Shown here: one piece after another, positions 1-8,542 of the stretch
Layout: each line of letters begins with the position of its first letter
Numbering within the stretch: position 1 is the first letter of the stretch
DNA from: an uncultured bacterium
GTDB taxonomy: Bacteria > Patescibacteriota > Saccharimonadia > Saccharimonadales > CAIOMD01
Direction: 5' to 3'
Assembly (NCBI GenBank): GCA_903880655.1
Contig: CAIRQE010000106.1
Location: 1-62,801, forward strand
DNA length: 62,801 nt
Notes under the pieces: generated by a model
The model's input: the letters and a program-made list of their open reading frames with translations, nothing else
What the model was told of the DNA's origin: nothing
The model's database searches: none
Position numbers and translations under genes: made by a program

Positions 1-83
1 ATAAAGCCAAAGGTAAGTCATTAGCGGGTCTAACACGTAGACGTAAAGCTGAGATGGCACTTTTTTTAACTAGCACTGCATAG
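1..83 (+). CDS. 3' end of a CDS truncated by the window edge
   Basis: Only frame 3 is open from the window start to TAG at 81-83 (..KAKGKSLAGLTRRRKAEMALFLTSTA*). It ends 20 nt before the next structural gene. Confidence 0.3.
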   Translation, partial: KAKGKSLAGLTRRRKAEMALFLTSTA

Positions 84-103
84 AATTATTTAGGGGTTGA
101 TGG

Positions 104-2197
104 ATGGCTTTACAATATCTTCAGTTTAGACCCGGAGTCTCTAGAGAGTCTACCAACCTTGCTAATAGTGGAGGGTTTTATGCGTGTCAATGGGCGCGGT
201 TTAGAAGTGGGTCTCCTGAAAAAATAAACGGTTGGTCTCTTCCTAGTACTAACACCTTCTTAGGTGAGTGCAGAGATCTTATAGAATGGGAGTCGCTCAA
301 TTCTAACTACATCGTAGGGGTAGGAACCAATTTAAAATTCTACCTTTATATAGGGGGGCTATACTTTAACATAACCCCAATACGCCTATCAAGTAACCTT
401 GCAGCTAACCCTTTTTATCCTATATATTCTACCCTTTCAGCGGGTATTTCAGCTACTGCTACAACTATATCTGTTACAAGTGGTACTTCTTTTGCTTATG
501 TATATCCTTATGTAGTTCGTATAGGCTCTGAAGATATTTACGTTACATCTGCAGCGGGCACTACATTATCAGGGTGTATACGAGGGTATAACGGTACAAC
601 AGCAGCAACACACAGCATAAGTTCCGTTGTATCAAGTGCTTATTTAGTTGTGGCTAGTGCTACTAATAATGCTTATGTTGGGGACTATGTTACCTTTTCA
701 GGAGCTACAACTTTTGGGCCTTACAGCACTGCAGTGCTCAATGCAGAGTATATAGTAGCATCTCAAACCACAAACTATATAACTGTATATACGGGTATTC
801 AATCTACATCAGCTACTAATGGCGGAGGAAGTGCCCCTGTTGTAGCTAAATACCAAATTCATATAGGGCAAGCTATAGACACATTTGGTAATGGTTGGGG
901 TATAGGTCCTTGGGGTACAGGGCTTGGGTGGGGTACACCATACCCAGTGTCAGTAGATACGCAAGAAATGCGTATATGGAGCTCAGCTGTCTTTGGTCAA
1001 AACCTAGTATATAACATAAAGAAGGGAGGTGTGTACTATTGGGATGCTTCAACTAAATTAACTCCTAGTGGTCAAGTAACCTCCCCCGGAGTAGATATAA
1101 CATCTTTACCCGGAACTGATGGGCAAGCACCTAATGTAGCGGCAAGAGTATTTGTTACTGAAGAACGCCATATAGTAGTACTTGGTGCTAATGATCCCTA
1201 TGCTGCAGCGCCTACAGCGCAAGACCCCCTGCTTATTAGATGGTGCAGTCAAGAAGACCCTTTAACATGGACCCCAGCGGTAACGAACACAGCAGGTAGT
1301 CAACGCTTAGTATATGGCAGTGCCTTAATAACAGCGGAAATAACACGCCAAGAAACTCTAATTTGGTCGGACACAGCTGTGTACTCTATGCGGTACTTAG
1401 GCCCTCCATATACTTTTGGTTTCAACACAATATCTAACGAAATAACTATAGCCTCTCCTAACTGTGTAGCAACAGCTAATAACATTACATACTGGATGGG
1501 TAACTCTAAGTTCTATGTTTACTCAGGTAGGGTAGATACACTACCATGTGCTCTACGTCAGTATGTATTTAATGATTTTAACTTTGTTCAATCGAACCAA
1601 GTGTATGCTGGCACTAACGAAAAGTACAATGAAGTATGGTGGTTTTACCCATCTGCTGACTCTGACTATAACAATAGGTATGTTATTTATAACTACTTAG
1701 AAAAACTTTGGTATTACGGCGACATAGATAGAACTGCGTGGCTTGACTCTCATATACAAGGTACGCCTTGGGCTACATACAACGGCATGTTGGTGCAACA
1801 TGAGTCAGGTACTGATGATGGTTCTGTTAACCCCCCTGCGGCGATCCCTGCATATATAGAGAGTGCTGACTTTGACATTGGTGAGGGGGATAAGTTCTCT
1901 GCTGTTAAACGGGTCATACCTGACGTTGACTTTATTGGGTCTACTACGACTACACCTTCTGTAACTATGACGGTATCAACACGCAACTTTCCGGGTCAGG
2001 GCCTCTTTCTTAACGATACACCTACTAATATCTCCGGTTCTAAAGTGACTACTCAAGTTTATGATTACACCAACCAAGTATTTGTTAGACTGCGAGGAAG
2101 ACAGGTTGCTTTTAGAATAGGTAGTGATGGGGCTGGAATTAAGTGGCAGTTAGGTACTCCGCGTTTGGACATTCAACCTGATGGAATTAAATCGTAA
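104..2197 (+). CDS. tail tubular protein B-like (T7 gp12-like nozzle protein)
   Basis: 697-aa ORF. KINGWS and ETLIWSDTAVY resemble T7 gp12 QVNGWSS and ELLIWSDEAQF (recalled, not aligned). Followed by internal-virion-protein genes, as in T7-like phages. Confidence 0.65.
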   Translation: MALQYLQFRPGVSRESTNLANSGGFYACQWARFRSGSPEKINGWSLPSTNTFLGECRDLIEWESLNSNYIVGVGTNLKFYLYIGGLYFNITPIRLSSNLAANPFYPIYSTLSAGISATATTISVTSGTSFAYVYPYVVRIGSEDIYVTSAAGTTLSGCIRGYNGTTAATHSISSVVSSAYLVVASATNNAYVGDYVTFSGATTFGPYSTAVLNAEYIVASQTTNYITVYTGIQSTSATNGGGSAPVVAKYQIHIGQAIDTFGNGWGIGPWGTGLGWGTPYPVSVDTQEMRIWSSAVFGQNLVYNIKKGGVYYWDASTKLTPSGQVTSPGVDITSLPGTDGQAPNVAARVFVTEERHIVVLGANDPYAAAPTAQDPLLIRWCSQEDPLTWTPAVTNTAGSQRLVYGSALITAEITRQETLIWSDTAVYSMRYLGPPYTFGFNTISNEITIASPNCVATANNITYWMGNSKFYVYSGRVDTLPCALRQYVFNDFNFVQSNQVYAGTNEKYNEVWWFYPSADSDYNNRYVIYNYLEKLWYYGDIDRTAWLDSHIQGTPWATYNGMLVQHESGTDDGSVNPPAAIPAYIESADFDIGEGDKFSAVKRVIPDVDFIGSTTTTPSVTMTVSTRNFPGQGLFLNDTPTNISGSKVTTQVYDYTNQVFVRLRGRQVAFRIGSDGAGIKWQLGTPRLDIQPDGIKS

Positions 2198-2523
2198 TGG
2201 CTAACAATAATAGAGTACCGTCTCCGGTACTGCCTTTACCTCCGTTAGAATATGATGTTCAGTATATGGATAATCTAATACGGCTATTAAACTACTTCAT
2301 AATACAGCAAGGGTATCCGGGAAGTATTCGAGGTACTGATCTTACACTTACTTTAACAGGATCAGGTACAGTACAGCCTGTGGCTTCTATAAACTATGTA
2401 GTAGACCCAACTAGCTCGCTAGTGAATAAAACGATTGTTAACATTGTAAACCTTCCAACCTCTGCTACTGGACTAAGTTCTGGTGATGTTTGGAATAGTG
2501 CTGGCACCCTTAAAATTGTATAG
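2197..2523 (+). CDS. hypothetical virion-module protein (108 aa)
   Basis: ATG overlaps the upstream TAA (TAATG). Same strand and register as flanking structural genes. Confidence 0.5.
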   Translation: MANNNRVPSPVLPLPPLEYDVQYMDNLIRLLNYFIIQQGYPGSIRGTDLTLTLTGSGTVQPVASINYVVDPTSSLVNKTIVNIVNLPTSATGLSSGDVWNSAGTLKIV

Positions 2524-2532
2524 AGATTACAC

Positions 2533-4032
2533 ATGGCATATAACACTACTGCAAAAGGCTTATCAGCTCTAGGACGTAACGGAGACAACACCCTCTTACA
2601 TGTTAGCAAAGACGAACTAGCTGGGCTTCAATCACTAATAGGCCACAAACTGCCAACCAACCCACATACAGGGCTACAAGAGGCATTTGACTTAAAGAAC
2701 ATAATTGCCATGCTAGGCATAGGTGCTCTTGGTGCTGCTACAGGCGGTGCAGCGTTAGCTGCCGCTCCCGAAATTACAGCCGCAGGTGCAACAGCATTAG
2801 GCGCAGGTGAAGGAGCTCTATTAGGGGGCGCGTATAGCGCATCTCAAGGTAAAGGGTTTGGGGCAGGTGCATTAGGTGGTGCTCTTTCTGGTGGGCTTGG
2901 TGCTTATGGTGGTAGTAACTTGCCGGGTGCTTCTACTGATGTATCCACAGCGGTGCCCTATGGTGAGGTGCCTCCAGAAGTACCTAAATTTGCAATGCCC
3001 ACTCCTGAAGTCTCATCTGCATACGCTCCTAAGTATGGATTAGAACAATCACTATCAAAAGCTATGCCTGTAAATGAGCAAGTAGGATTAACTTCCGGGA
3101 TTAACCCTAATGCCACCTCTGTTTTGGGTAAAGACCCTAATACTGCTTTATCTCCTACTATAGGGCAAGCTACAAAAAGTCAACTCTCCGCTATGGGTAA
3201 TAAAGACAACATGTGGGAGTGGGGTAAAATGGCTGGTATGGGGTCTCTTTTAGGTTCTAGTGCTCAAGATATGGTAGGGCAGAACCAAGCTATGGCTAAC
3301 CAAATACGCCAAGAAAAACTTGCAGCGCAAGCTAATGAACAGCAACAGCAGCAGTATTTTAAAGACTTAGGTTATCCACTAGCCTCACTTTCTGATCTTA
3401 ATAACTCTGATACCCAGTCACAATTTGACTACTATAAAAACATAATTAACCCTAAACAAGGGTATGCTGCGGGGGGTCCTATAACTATGACCCTACCTAT
3501 GGGGGGTGTGCCTGTAACTGCGACTTTCCCTGCTAGATATGCGTCTGAGTTAGAACAAATAGACATTCCGCACGAGATAAATCAGGCGCAAAACACCGTT
3601 AAGGAAGGGGCAGGAATGGCGAATGGGGGGTATATCAACACTCAACCTGTAAACCCAAATGCTTTTTACCCGCAGTCTCAAATACACAGTGCCCAGCCTT
3701 ATGCTGCAGCTACTCCCCAACGCCATGAAATAATAGAGGGGTTTGAAGATGGCGGCATGTTAGACGGTCCGGGTGATGGCATGTCTGATGACATCCCTGC
3801 TAATATAGATGGTGAAGAAGAGATTAGATTGGCTGATGGTGAGTTTGTTGTACCGCCTGATTTGGTACGTATGTTGGGTTTTGGCGATCCTGAAAAAGGC
3901 GCTGATTTATTAGACAACCTGCTACCCTTAGTAAGACAAGCGGCTCATGGTAAGAAAGAACAGATTAAACAAGATAGTGGTAAATTAGCTGCTGAAAAGA
4001 TGTTGGCTAGAGCAGTAAAAGGTAAAGCATGA
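2533..4032 (+). CDS. internal virion / ejection-module protein (499 aa) with Gly/Ala-rich hydrophobic segment
   Basis: N-terminal GRNGDNTLLHVSKDE..NPHTGLQEAF motif, a long G/A-rich stretch, three xGG motifs, and a C-terminal ADGEFVVPPDLVRMLGFG block shared with the 361-aa protein. Confidence 0.55.
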   Translation: MAYNTTAKGLSALGRNGDNTLLHVSKDELAGLQSLIGHKLPTNPHTGLQEAFDLKNIIAMLGIGALGAATGGAALAAAPEITAAGATALGAGEGALLGGAYSASQGKGFGAGALGGALSGGLGAYGGSNLPGASTDVSTAVPYGEVPPEVPKFAMPTPEVSSAYAPKYGLEQSLSKAMPVNEQVGLTSGINPNATSVLGKDPNTALSPTIGQATKSQLSAMGNKDNMWEWGKMAGMGSLLGSSAQDMVGQNQAMANQIRQEKLAAQANEQQQQQYFKDLGYPLASLSDLNNSDTQSQFDYYKNIINPKQGYAAGGPITMTLPMGGVPVTATFPARYASELEQIDIPHEINQAQNTVKEGAGMANGGYINTQPVNPNAFYPQSQIHSAQPYAAATPQRHEIIEGFEDGGMLDGPGDGMSDDIPANIDGEEEIRLADGEFVVPPDLVRMLGFGDPEKGADLLDNLLPLVRQAAHGKKEQIKQDSGKLAAEKMLARAVKGKA

Positions 4033-4820
4033 ACTCCGTTCAGACCCAAGGAATCGTAAACTCTATTGATGAGCTGGCGGTATGCATACAGGCTAAAGTG
4101 GACAGTGGCGAACTGCAAGGTGTAGAAACTACACTAAAACATTACCATACAGAAGAGTTATACGGGCGTAGGATTATTGTCCCTGCAGGGAGTTTTTTTA
4201 CTACAAGAGTGCACAAAACAGACCATATATCTGTGGCCTTTAGAGGGCGTATAACAATGCTTAACTCTGAGGGTGAATCTCAAGAAGTAACTGCTCCTGA
4301 TATGTTTGTAACACCAGCTGGAACGCACCGTGTAGTTTATGTGCACGAAGAAGTGGAATTTGCTACTATACACGCATGTACTGAACAAGATGATACTAAA
4401 GTTGCTGAAGTGTTGACGTTTAATACAATGGCAGAGTACCAACAGTACGACTATATACAAGCTATTACAGAGGCGGGGTTTACAGATATGCAAGCTAGAG
4501 CACTTTCAGAAAATCTAGAAGACCAAGTACCCATGCCAGAGAATGAGAAACTAACTTATATAGCCCCCTCTGCTATTCAAGGTCAAGGTGTGTTTGCTTT
4601 TGAAGATATCCCTAGTGGTGCTCGTATAGCCCCCGGACGTATTGGACATTTTAGAACCTCTGTTGGAAGATATGCGAATCATAGTTCATTCCCTAATACA
4701 CAGTACGTGCTGGCTGGAGATAATATAGACATGTACGCTATAAAAAAGATATATAAAAACGAAGAACTTACTGTGGACTACAGACAAGCTAACCGAGTAA
4801 GACTAGGAGCAGAACAATGA
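4029..4820 (+). CDS. two-domain protein: N-terminal cupin-like region + C-terminal SET domain (putative protein lysine methyltransferase)
   Basis: C-terminal GQGVFAFEDIPSGARI, YANHSSFPN and NEELTVDY match the three SET signature blocks (GxG, NHSxxPN, ELxxDY). ATGA overlap with the upstream gene. Confidence 0.6.
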   Translation: MNSVQTQGIVNSIDELAVCIQAKVDSGELQGVETTLKHYHTEELYGRRIIVPAGSFFTTRVHKTDHISVAFRGRITMLNSEGESQEVTAPDMFVTPAGTHRVVYVHEEVEFATIHACTEQDDTKVAEVLTFNTMAEYQQYDYIQAITEAGFTDMQARALSENLEDQVPMPENEKLTYIAPSAIQGQGVFAFEDIPSGARIAPGRIGHFRTSVGRYANHSSFPNTQYVLAGDNIDMYAIKKIYKNEELTVDYRQANRVRLGAEQ

Positions 4821-5902
4821 GTTTTATAGTAGCAGCGGCTGCGTCAGCGGCGGCGGGATCAGTAGTTGCGGGAGGAACAGCAGCGGGTATAGGAGCATCT
4901 ATAGGGTTAACTACAGCCGCAACAGCAGCTACTGTTGGCACAGCTGCAGGGGCAGCAACCGCTGGAGCCGTAGGCGCAGGAGTAGGAGCTCTTTCTGCAG
5001 CGGCGCAAGGACAAGATATAGGTAAAGGAGCTCTTATGGGGGCGGCTACTGGCGCGGTTACAGGAGGTTTGGCTACAGGAGTTGGTGGAGCTGTTGGAGG
5101 GCAGTTAGCAAGTGCAGTAGGAAAAACTGCAGCTGGGGCTATTATAGGAGGAGGATCTGCAGCGGCTGGCGGTGCGGCTGGGGCAGCAGTGGGAGGACAG
5201 GATATAGGTAAAGGAGCTTTAATTGGAGGTGCTACAGGAGCAGTTGCAGGTGGCGCTATGGGGGCTATGGGCCCTCCTGAAGTTGGCGGAGTATCTCCTA
5301 ATATAGAAGGGGCCCCCACCCCTAAATCAGCACTTGATTCATTAGTTCCTCAACCTACATCTAGTGCATCTTTGCCTAATTCTCCTGCGCCAAATACTTC
5401 AGTTAGCTCCTTAGGGGACATAACACCTCCTCCCTCTACTACTTTGGCTTCTAACCCAAGTTACACTAGCGACCAAGTAATTTCAGGCCTTAAAGGTATA
5501 GGAACTGCAGGAGCAGCTAATTATGCAGGTAACAGCATGGTAGCTGGAGACGCGGCTAACGCTCTAGCATCACAACAAGATGCGGCAAGAGCAGGGGTGT
5601 TTGCAAATCAAAATCAGGCGGGCATGTCCAATTTAAAAGGTTTAGGGTTTGGTTCTCCTTCAGGACCTTTATCTTCATTAGGCAGCATTGGTAAAGCTAC
5701 TGGGGGTCTTACAGCTTTGGCACATGGAGGTCAAGTTCCTCTTAAAGATGGCGCATATATTATCCCTGCTGATGTAGTAAGTGCACTAGGTAATGGCTCC
5801 TCTAAAGCAGGTGCAGAGTTCTTAAGACACCTTATGATGGAAGTGCGTAAAGAAGCAGTTAACATACAAGGCTTAGGAGCGGCTAAGAAACATGGCGCTT
5901 AA
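4817..5902 (+). CDS. Gly/Ala-rich virion-module protein (361 aa)
   Basis: ATGA overlap with the upstream gene. G/A-rich N-terminal half. C-terminal GGLTALAHGGQVPLKDGAYIIPADVVSALGNG is paralogous to blocks in neighbouring proteins. Confidence 0.55.
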   Translation: MSFIVAAAASAAAGSVVAGGTAAGIGASIGLTTAATAATVGTAAGAATAGAVGAGVGALSAAAQGQDIGKGALMGAATGAVTGGLATGVGGAVGGQLASAVGKTAAGAIIGGGSAAAGGAAGAAVGGQDIGKGALIGGATGAVAGGAMGAMGPPEVGGVSPNIEGAPTPKSALDSLVPQPTSSASLPNSPAPNTSVSSLGDITPPPSTTLASNPSYTSDQVISGLKGIGTAGAANYAGNSMVAGDAANALASQQDAARAGVFANQNQAGMSNLKGLGFGSPSGPLSSLGSIGKATGGLTALAHGGQVPLKDGAYIIPADVVSALGNGSSKAGAEFLRHLMMEVRKEAVNIQGLGAAKKHGA

Positions 5903-6305
5903 AGTACAGCAAGTCCCCCTAGAGTACGTGAACCAAGTATGGGATAAGGTTGAGCATTTCTTAGAAGCCGCCCTTGAGTATGCTTGTGGGGACTACAATA
6001 TTGAAGAAGTAAGAGTGATGGTATCTCTAGGGTCATGGCAGCTTATTGTTGCTACTGACGAAGAAAATACTATACATGGAGCCTTAGTTGTGTCTTATTT
6101 TAATAGACCTGCTGACAGAGTTGGATTTGTGGTTGCTATTGGTGGTAAACTAGTATCTAACAGAGCTACATGGGCTCAATTTGAAGACATACTCCGGTCA
6201 AACGGTGCTACTTATTTAGAAGGTGCTGGTCGTGAATCTATAGTTAAGCTATGGTCTCGATACGGGATGCAACAGAAATATATAATTACAGGTAAACCCC
6301 TATGA
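5892..6305 (+). CDS. small protein, possible GNAT-fold acetyltransferase
   Basis: 137 aa. VVAIGGKLVSNRATWAQFEDIL..GATYLEGAGRESIVKLWSRYGM loosely fits the GNAT motif A/B layout. A weak call made by eye. Confidence 0.35.
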   Translation: MALKVQQVPLEYVNQVWDKVEHFLEAALEYACGDYNIEEVRVMVSLGSWQLIVATDEENTIHGALVVSYFNRPADRVGFVVAIGGKLVSNRATWAQFEDILRSNGATYLEGAGRESIVKLWSRYGMQQKYIITGKPL

Positions 6306-8542
6306 TATTCAAACCAAGTAGTCTACCAAAACTATTTTTTACTTACATCTGCCCTAGATTCTATGGTGGCGCACCATCTGCACCTTCAAATACTACATCT
6401 ACTCAGACTATCAATCAGTCGCCGTGGCAGAACCCAGTATACCAAGCTCTTATGTTAGGAACTGCGGATAAGCCCGGACCAGTTACTAGTATGCTACGAT
6501 CAGGTGCAGAACAGACTGCCGCTTGGGACGCTATGAACGCCGGAGGGTTTTCTCCTGTACCTACACAAGCTAAATATACTGCGCCTTATACACCATCACC
6601 CGCTGTTCAAAATACAGCACCAGTTCCTACCGCCGCTAAAGGTGGGATAATGTCTTTACAAGGGTACGCATCTGGTGGGCCTACTACACCTGAAGCTAAA
6701 GCCGCTAATCTGCAGAAAAAACTAGATGCGGGTACAAAATTAACAGCTTCAGAAACTGATTTTTTGCAAAACTACACCGACTCTACAGCAAATAAGTATG
6801 AAGGTAATATAGATTTTAACACAGGGTTAGAAACTCCAAGACCTAGAGGCCCCACAGAATCAGCCTCAGCGTATACTGATTACTTAGATCAAGCGGTAGC
6901 AGGTGGAGCTACTCTTTCTTCTGATCTTAAAGCAAAATACCCTGATGTAACCACTACTACCCCTAAAACAGCAACACAGCAATCTGCCGCTGATAATTTA
7001 AAGAATACTTTGGGCACAGCAGTTACAAACGTCACAGCTGATACTACGCCTGTGTATGATGCTTCGGGGAATATAACAGGGTATAAGTCTACAAATCAAA
7101 ACTTCTTAGACCTTCAAGCAAAAGCTAAAAACCTAACTACTCCAGAACAGTTTAAAGCCGCAACGGGTATGTATAATAGGTCTTCCGCAGGTCTTGAATC
7201 CGCTGCTACTTATAAACCTACTGACATAGCTACCAATAAAGCAGATGTAGCTAACGCCGAAGCTTCAGGTTATAACGCCGCTAGTATGAACGCCCCTAAA
7301 GACATAGCTGCTCAAAAGGCTAATGTTGCTACTATGCAAGGTGCGGGTGATGTCGCTTCGGATAAACTGCAACAGTACCAAATGCAAGGGCCGGGTTCTG
7401 TAAATGCCCCTACAGCTGCAGCATCTCAAATGCAAGGTCCAGCGTCTTGGTTAACTCCGGGAACAGCCGCGGCTTATATGGACCCTTATGCACAGAATGT
7501 AATAGACCAAGAGAAAACTCAATCTAATAGGGACTATCAACAACAACTTAACCAACTTAATGCCCAGTCTGTACAAGCAGGGGCTTTTGGAGGCTCTAGA
7601 CAGGCTATACAACAATCAGAAGCCGCTAGAAATCAGTTATTTAATCTAGCCAATATAGAAAATACAGGGTTAAGTACTGCTTATACCCAAGGTGCCGCTC
7701 AGTTTAATACTGCACAAGGTCAAGGACTCCAAGCGGGACAGGCTAACTTAGATGCTTCTCAACAAACTACTTTGGCAAATCAAGCAGCTCAAATCCAAGC
7801 TATGATGGCTAACCAAGGTATGGACTACAACACTGCGGTTCAGAATCTACAAGCTCAAATGGGTATTCAAGGTACTCAAGCAGGGCAAGATTTACAAGCG
7901 GCATTAGCAAATCAACAAAACCAGCAACAAACCCAATCCACCAATATGGCGGCTACTAACCAAGCCCAAAATGCATATGTACAACAAGCACTACAAGCAG
8001 CTCAAGCTAATCAAGGCGCTCAACTAACAGCCGCCCAACAAAACCAAATAGCTCAAAATGCGTCAGCTCAATACAATGCTACTAACCAGCAAAACGTAAA
8101 CTTGTCTAACCAAGGAGCGCAAAATACAGCTAACAATGCCTATGCGCAAAACCAATTAGCCGCTCAACAAGCAAACCAACAAGCGGGCTTAACTGCTAAT
8201 CAACAAGGTATTGGGGCTCTTCAAGGTATAGGACAAAATGCTTCTGGGTTATCAAGTACGGGCACAGCAGAGAATCAAGCGGGTATAGCAAACTTAGGGG
8301 CGCAAGGACAAGTAGTCCAAGCAGAACAAGCTCTAAGTCAGCAAGGTGTGACTAACAACCAACAAACAGCTCTTAATGCTCTTGGTGCTACTAATCAAAT
8401 CAACTCAGGAGCTGTTGCGGCTATTAATGCTCAACCCGTTCAAGGTGGCACTACAACATCTACAGATACATCTAACCCAGCTCATTGGGCTCGTGGTGGA
8501 CTCATTAAAAACGGTAAAGTAAGCAAAAGAGGTGTGAAATAA
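6302..8542 (+). CDS. Gln/Asn/Ala-rich internal virion protein (746 aa)
   Basis: ATGA overlap with the upstream gene. The C-terminal ~350 aa are low-complexity Q/N/A. Contains AAKGGIMSLQGYASGGP and WARGGLIKNG motifs. Confidence 0.55.
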   Translation: MIFKPSSLPKLFFTYICPRFYGGAPSAPSNTTSTQTINQSPWQNPVYQALMLGTADKPGPVTSMLRSGAEQTAAWDAMNAGGFSPVPTQAKYTAPYTPSPAVQNTAPVPTAAKGGIMSLQGYASGGPTTPEAKAANLQKKLDAGTKLTASETDFLQNYTDSTANKYEGNIDFNTGLETPRPRGPTESASAYTDYLDQAVAGGATLSSDLKAKYPDVTTTTPKTATQQSAADNLKNTLGTAVTNVTADTTPVYDASGNITGYKSTNQNFLDLQAKAKNLTTPEQFKAATGMYNRSSAGLESAATYKPTDIATNKADVANAEASGYNAASMNAPKDIAAQKANVATMQGAGDVASDKLQQYQMQGPGSVNAPTAAASQMQGPASWLTPGTAAAYMDPYAQNVIDQEKTQSNRDYQQQLNQLNAQSVQAGAFGGSRQAIQQSEAARNQLFNLANIENTGLSTAYTQGAAQFNTAQGQGLQAGQANLDASQQTTLANQAAQIQAMMANQGMDYNTAVQNLQAQMGIQGTQAGQDLQAALANQQNQQQTQSTNMAATNQAQNAYVQQALQAAQANQGAQLTAAQQNQIAQNASAQYNATNQQNVNLSNQGAQNTANNAYAQNQLAAQQANQQAGLTANQQGIGALQGIGQNASGLSSTGTAENQAGIANLGAQGQVVQAEQALSQQGVTNNQQTALNALGATNQINSGAVAAINAQPVQGGTTTSTDTSNPAHWARGGLIKNGKVSKRGVK

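Noticed and set aside
931-946. GGGTACACCATACCCA inside the gp12-like gene, resembling the early-arm palindrome
   Set aside because: It has a 2-nt insertion that breaks the dyad spacing, lies deep in a late structural gene (encoding GTPYP), and has no flanking T-Y / R-A extension. Likely coincidental. The same applies to the half-site ACACGTACCCA at 34520-34530 inside an HNH gene.
4789-5319. 176-aa minus-strand ORF (Pro/Ala-rich) antisense to the Gly/Ala-rich virion gene
   Set aside because: It is a shadow ORF. GC-rich GGN/GCN codons on the plus strand give open NCC/NGC codons on the opposite strand. It has no RBS and interrupts an otherwise uniformly plus-strand, translationally coupled operon.
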